DNA of 64,000 nt. Source: Azolla caroliniana (Eukaryota; Plantae; Polypodiophyta). How positions within the stretch are numbered: the first letter of the stretch is position 1; every line of letters begins with the position of its first letter. Position numbers and translations under genes: made by a program. Positions 62,449-64,000 of the stretch are shown piece by piece. The stretch spans positions 17,112,001-17,176,000 of the forward strand of contig JBHGNT010000014.1 in NCBI GenBank assembly GCA_043228905.1, written 5' to 3'. The notes beneath the pieces are model-generated. The model searched no databases and had not been told where the DNA came from. It worked only from the letters and a program-made list of their open reading frames with translations.

Positions 62449-64000
62449 AATGAATTGAGGTAATATTGGAATCTAGAGGAATGAACCTCTAGTTGATAAA
62501 CTTCCTAATTAGGTAGAGCACAAGGTACTTAAACTAATATTACTTACACATATATCTTTAGAAGAAGAAGAGGTTCAAGATACTAGCATTTGTTGTATGG
62601 AAACGTATCACTTAAGATAGAGAGAGTATCACTTAGGAAAGAGAGAGAGAGAGAGAGAGAGAGAGCAATAAGCACAATCTTAGGAAGAAATATCTAACCA
62701 TGTCCACTATTGTTCATTCACATGTGCTCAATATTCATGGGCTTTTCTTCCTCATGTAACGTACCATGCACAACTGTCACACAAGCACAAGGATATCTCA
62801 TATATGTAGCTATATGTACCAATGCACATTATTGTTTATTCACATGGGTTCTTCGTCTTTGTACAAGTACTCATCGAGTTAATTTACCATGCACAAACTA
62901 ATCCACAATTTTGTTACCCATGGGGGTTAACAACTTACAACTATATGTAACAATGTGCTTTATTGTCTCTTAAGTTAGGTCGATGTAACAATGTGCTTGA
63001 TTGTCTCTTAAGTCAGGTCGATTTATTCAGATGCATATTCTCATCAAGTTATTTTATTGTGCATGACTTGTGAACGCATGAAACCATGGGGGATGTAACA
63101 ATTCATTGGGCCCATCTATTCATTAAGTTAATTTTACTATTCCACCTAGTAAACGTGACACATGGGTAGGAGTCAGGAGTCAGGACGATGGACACTTTTT
63201 GGTACATGAAAAGAAAATGTGTTAAATGGTAGCCTTTTGTATTTTTCATCGGAGACATTTGACAGATGTCCATTTCTCGAATCCCGAAATGGTTTTATTT
63301 GATTCACCTAGAGGTATTTGAAAAGCTTTAAATGTTCTTTAGGGGTCTCAACCGACTAGAATACATTATTTCTTCAAATAGTAGTTGAAAAGTTAAGGGC
63401 TCTAGTTTTGGTGGCACTTTTGAGATTCAACTCTAATGCCAAATTATTTCAACATGTGAATGCCATTGAGATAAAATTTTACTTTCAACTTTATCATTGA
63501 CCTTACGTTTACGTTAACACTTTACACTATTTGATTGTATACATTAATTAAGATGTCACTTAATCCTTGTGTGTGTATAAATTCAGTTTTTCGCACTACA
63601 AGGATCAAACATAGCAGCCAATTCGATTATGTTTTACGCACATAATTCGTAATTGAGGTGTTTATACGTGCTCAAAGTCGGATGGATTTCACATAATTGT
63701 GACAGGTCAAGAGGAAAGGAAAGATAATTATATACCAAAAATACCACACATTTCACTTTCACAAACACCAAATATAGGAGGACATAAAGATTGCAAAGTA
63801 CACCCATCTGTATAATTGGCAAAACAATTATTCATATAAAGTACCTACATATATTTGAAATGTCTACACGGGGATCACCTGTGTATCTATCTATCTAAAT
63901 TATATCCATATTGCACCTTTGACAGCCAAAAATTATTTTGGTGAGTCATTTAATATTTAAAATGCATATGGATGAGGAAAAAATACAAAAAGAAACCCCA

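Overview
Nuclear DNA of a non-seed land plant, most likely a fern: the plastid ccsA insert carries many unedited C-to-U sites, and the Ty3/gypsy elements are Tcn1-like chromoviruses. Host genes are two intact 9-exon lipoxygenase paralogs in convergent orientation (LOX-A 20980-28660 +, LOX-B 62448-56848 -), a PLS-class PPR-E gene (53467-55833 +) with an antisense LOX fragment in its probable first intron, and a fragmented PPR pseudogene. The rest is nested retroelements: a young Ty1/copia inactivated by one TGG>TAG change, a gag-only LTR element with an 18-nt tRNA-Trp primer site, a chromovirus inside a copia inside another copia, a hAT-like MITE and many local tandem duplications. Most interesting observations: (i) an LTR family whose copies carry heat-shock-element arrays and Tf1-type self-priming complementarity, with one coding and one non-coding member; (ii) the pol-less tRNA-Trp element, which shares a conserved pre-LTR motif with a relative at the window edge; (iii) the LOX pair with an atypical substrate pocket, one copy ending in Met and showing tandem expansion of nearly every non-coding segment; (iv) splice signals that could excise the whole PPR ORF. 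All alignments and counts were made by eye.
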